DNA of 64,000 nt from an uncultured Gammaproteobacteria bacterium (lineage in GTDB: Bacteria > Pseudomonadota > Gammaproteobacteria > Natronospirales > JAIVGZ01), in the NCBI GenBank assembly GCA_964552205.1, contig CAZKFT010000003.1, forward strand, positions 35,016 to 99,015, written 5' to 3'. A model generated the notes under the pieces. That model saw nothing but the letters and a program-made list of their open reading frames with translations. It did no database searches and was not told the DNA's origin. How positions within the stretch are numbered: the stretch's first letter is position 1; every line of letters starts with the position of its first letter. Both the position numbers and the translations under genes were made by a program. Below are positions 62,552 to 64,000 of the stretch, one piece after another.

Positions 62552-63366
62552 CGCAGTCGCAACGCAAGCAACAGTTCGAGGTTGGCAAGCTGGCCAAGCG
62601 CCTGCGGCATCAGGTCGGGCGTGCCATCCAGGATTTCAACATGATTGGTCCGGGTGATCGCGTCATGGTGTGCCTGTCGGGTGGTAAGGACTCCTACACG
62701 CTTCTGGACATCCTGCTGAACCTGCAGGCCAGTGCACCGGTGGATTTCCAGTTGGTGGCGGTCAACCTCGACCAGAAGCAGCCTGGCTTCCCCGAGCATG
62801 TACTGCCGGAGTACCTGCAATCACGCGGCGTCGAGTACGCCATCATCGAGCAGGACACCTACAGCGTGGTCAAGCGTGTCATCCCCGAGGGCAAGACCAT
62901 GTGCGGCCTGTGCTCGCGGCTGCGACGCGGTGCACTGTACCGCTGGGCCTCGGAAAATGGTGTGACGCGTATCGCGCTGGGACACCATCGTGACGACCTG
63001 ATCGAGACCTTGTTCCTGAACATGTTCTTCGGTGGACGCATGGCTACGATGCCGCCGAAATTGCAGTCCGACGACGGCCAGCATGTGGTGATTCGACCGC
63101 TTGCCTACTGCTCGGAGCGGGATATTTCGGCGTATGCGGAAGCGATGGCGTTTCCGTTGATTCCTTGCACGCTGTGCGGCAACGAGGAACAAGCGCAGCG
63201 CAAACAGGTGAAAGCGATGTTGGTGGAATGGGAGCGTGAGTATCCCGGCCGATTGGAGACGATTTTCAGCGCCCTGCAGAAGGTGCAGCCGTCGCATCTT
63301 GCGGACCGAGGGCTGTATGACTTTGAAGGAATTGGCGGAGGTGAGGAAGCTCGCTGGCTGGATTAA
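62548..63366 (+). CDS. ttcA: tRNA 2-thiocytidine(32) synthetase
   Basis: 272 aa with the PP-loop [18 protein letters not shown] and the C-terminal CTLCG. Confidence 0.93.
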   Translation: MTQSQRKQQFEVGKLAKRLRHQVGRAIQDFNMIGPGDRVMVCLSGGKDSYTLLDILLNLQASAPVDFQLVAVNLDQKQPGFPEHVLPEYLQSRGVEYAIIEQDTYSVVKRVIPEGKTMCGLCSRLRRGALYRWASENGVTRIALGHHRDDLIETLFLNMFFGGRMATMPPKLQSDDGQHVVIRPLAYCSERDISAYAEAMAFPLIPCTLCGNEEQAQRKQVKAMLVEWEREYPGRLETIFSALQKVQPSHLADRGLYDFEGIGGGEEARWLD

Positions 63367-63367
63367 G

Positions 63368-63820
63368 AATGTAGGAGCGGTGCTTCGCACCGCGAATGGC
63401 TCCATCCGTCCAGCCTCGTTGCAACCTGCGGATTCTGAGATGCCACCGGATTCGCGACGCGAAGCGTCGCTCCTACATGCACGAACCGCGGGTTGTGCCA
63501 GCCCGGGAAACCAACGCTACGTTGTAAATGTAGGAGCGGTGCTTCGCACCGCGAATGGCTCCATCCGTCCAGCCTCGTTGCAACCTGCGGATTCTGAGAT
63601 GCCACCGGATTCGCGACGCGAAGCGTCGCTCCTACATGCACGAACCGCGGGTTGTGCCAGCCCGGGAAACCAACGCTACGTTGTAAATGTAGGAGCGGTG
63701 CTTCGCACCGCGAATGGCTCCATCCGTCCAGCCTCGTTGCAACCTGCGGATTCTGAGATGCCACCGGATTCGCGACGCGAAGCGTCGCTCCTACATGCAC
63801 GAACCGTGGGTTGTGCCAGC
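63368..63820. repeat. tandem array: 2.85 copies of a 159-bp unit, each containing a convergent REP pair
   Basis: Unit starts (GTAGGAGCGG) are at 63371, 63530 and 63689. Units 1 and 2 are identical by eye, and unit 3 has one mismatch (63807) before ending at 63820. Each unit is REP GTAGGAGCGGTGCTTCGCACCGCGAA, then 54 bp, then TTCGCGACGCGAAGCGTCGCTCCTAC, then a 53-bp linker. Confidence 0.92.
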
Positions 63821-63825
63821 GGCCC

Positions 63826-63853
63826 AAAAAAAACCCCGCCGAAGCGGGGTTTT
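63826..63853 (-). terminator. intrinsic terminator of the cold-shock gene (bidirectional hairpin)
   Basis: AAAAAAAA-CCCCGC-CGAA-GCGGGG-TTTT. On the minus strand it gives an 8-T run 21 nt after the csp stop. Confidence 0.88.
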
Positions 63854-63873
63854 AGTTCGAAACTTTTGAGCGA

Positions 63874-64000
63874 TTAAGCTGCGGTGACCTTGGTCGCCTG
63901 CAGGCCCTTCGGACCCTTTTCGCTTTCGAAGTTCACGGTCTGCCCCTCAGTCAAGGTGCGGAAACCCGCGCCCTGGATTGCGGAGTAGTGGACGAACACA
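63874..64000 (-). CDS. CspA-family cold-shock protein, C-terminal part (gene continues off the right edge)
   Basis: Hand translation gives ...[41 protein letters not shown]. This contains the RNP2 motif VFVH and the conserved C-terminal half of the CSD. Confidence 0.85.
   Translation of the reverse strand, partial: VFVHYSAIQGAGFRTLTEGQTVNFESEKGPKGLQATKVTAA

Noticed and set aside
63368-63820. Possible CRISPR array (regularly spaced palindromic repeats).
   Set aside because: The sequences between the palindromes are identical in every unit, so there are no unique spacers. The period is 159 bp, the repeats occur in inverted pairs, and no cas genes or leader are present. It is a tandem repeat, not a CRISPR.
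63236-63877. The 213-aa plus-strand ORF and the 154-aa minus-strand ORF (63363..63827) spanning the tandem array, each encoding a thrice-repeated peptide.
   Set aside because: The repeated peptide is a direct consequence of the 159-bp DNA repeat (159 = 53 codons keeps the frame). The sequence consists of REP palindromes. The plus ORF starts inside ttcA in another frame, and there are no start-site signals. I treat both as non-coding.

Overview
This is a 64-kb, high-GC, very gene-dense chromosomal core segment of a gammaproteobacterium. The taxon is inferred only. The blocks trxA-rho/rhlB, aroQ-accBC-prmA-dusB-fis-purHD and waaA-hldE-lpxL-kdkA, plus PFK/H+-PPase and CIRCE-groESL, resemble Xanthomonadales/Nevskiales-like genomes. 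I can support about 62 protein genes, nearly all housekeeping: thiamine (thiD, thiE, thiC), heme (hemL), and a complete leader-controlled DAHP synthase-trpEGD(CF)BA operon. Also present are mpl-ubiX, rnd, adk, phosphofructokinase, H+-pyrophosphatase, tolC, an LPS inner-core cluster, glnE, groESL, cutA-dsbD-tlpA, and a GGDEF-EAL protein followed by cysQ and ttcA. Three real coding sequences are absent from the supplied ORF track because they are under 60 aa: a rubredoxin, a 25-aa trp leader peptide and a TonB-dependent receptor N-terminus. I saw no rRNA, tRNA, CRISPR, transposase, integrase, phage or recognisable defence genes, and every long ORF is accounted for. I therefore do not see a novel multi-gene system; this looks like ordinary core genome. 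The best single-locus leads are: (1) adenylate kinase fused in frame to a 152-aa Lys/Ala/Pro histone-H1-like tail; (2) a classic Trp-codon attenuator in front of a DAHP-synthase-led whole-pathway trp operon; (3) Rho with a 62-aa Asn/Arg/Asp-rich N-terminal extension coupled to trxA; (4) a perfect 159-bp x 2.85 tandem array built from REP palindrome pairs next to a cold-shock gene; (5) an orphan LytTR regulator with Glu at the phospho-acceptor position, coupled to an O-methyltransferase; (6) an LVIVD/Calx-beta protein with a Pro15 tract and a GlyGly-CTERM-like anchor. All functional calls come from motif recognition by eye, and no database search was run.
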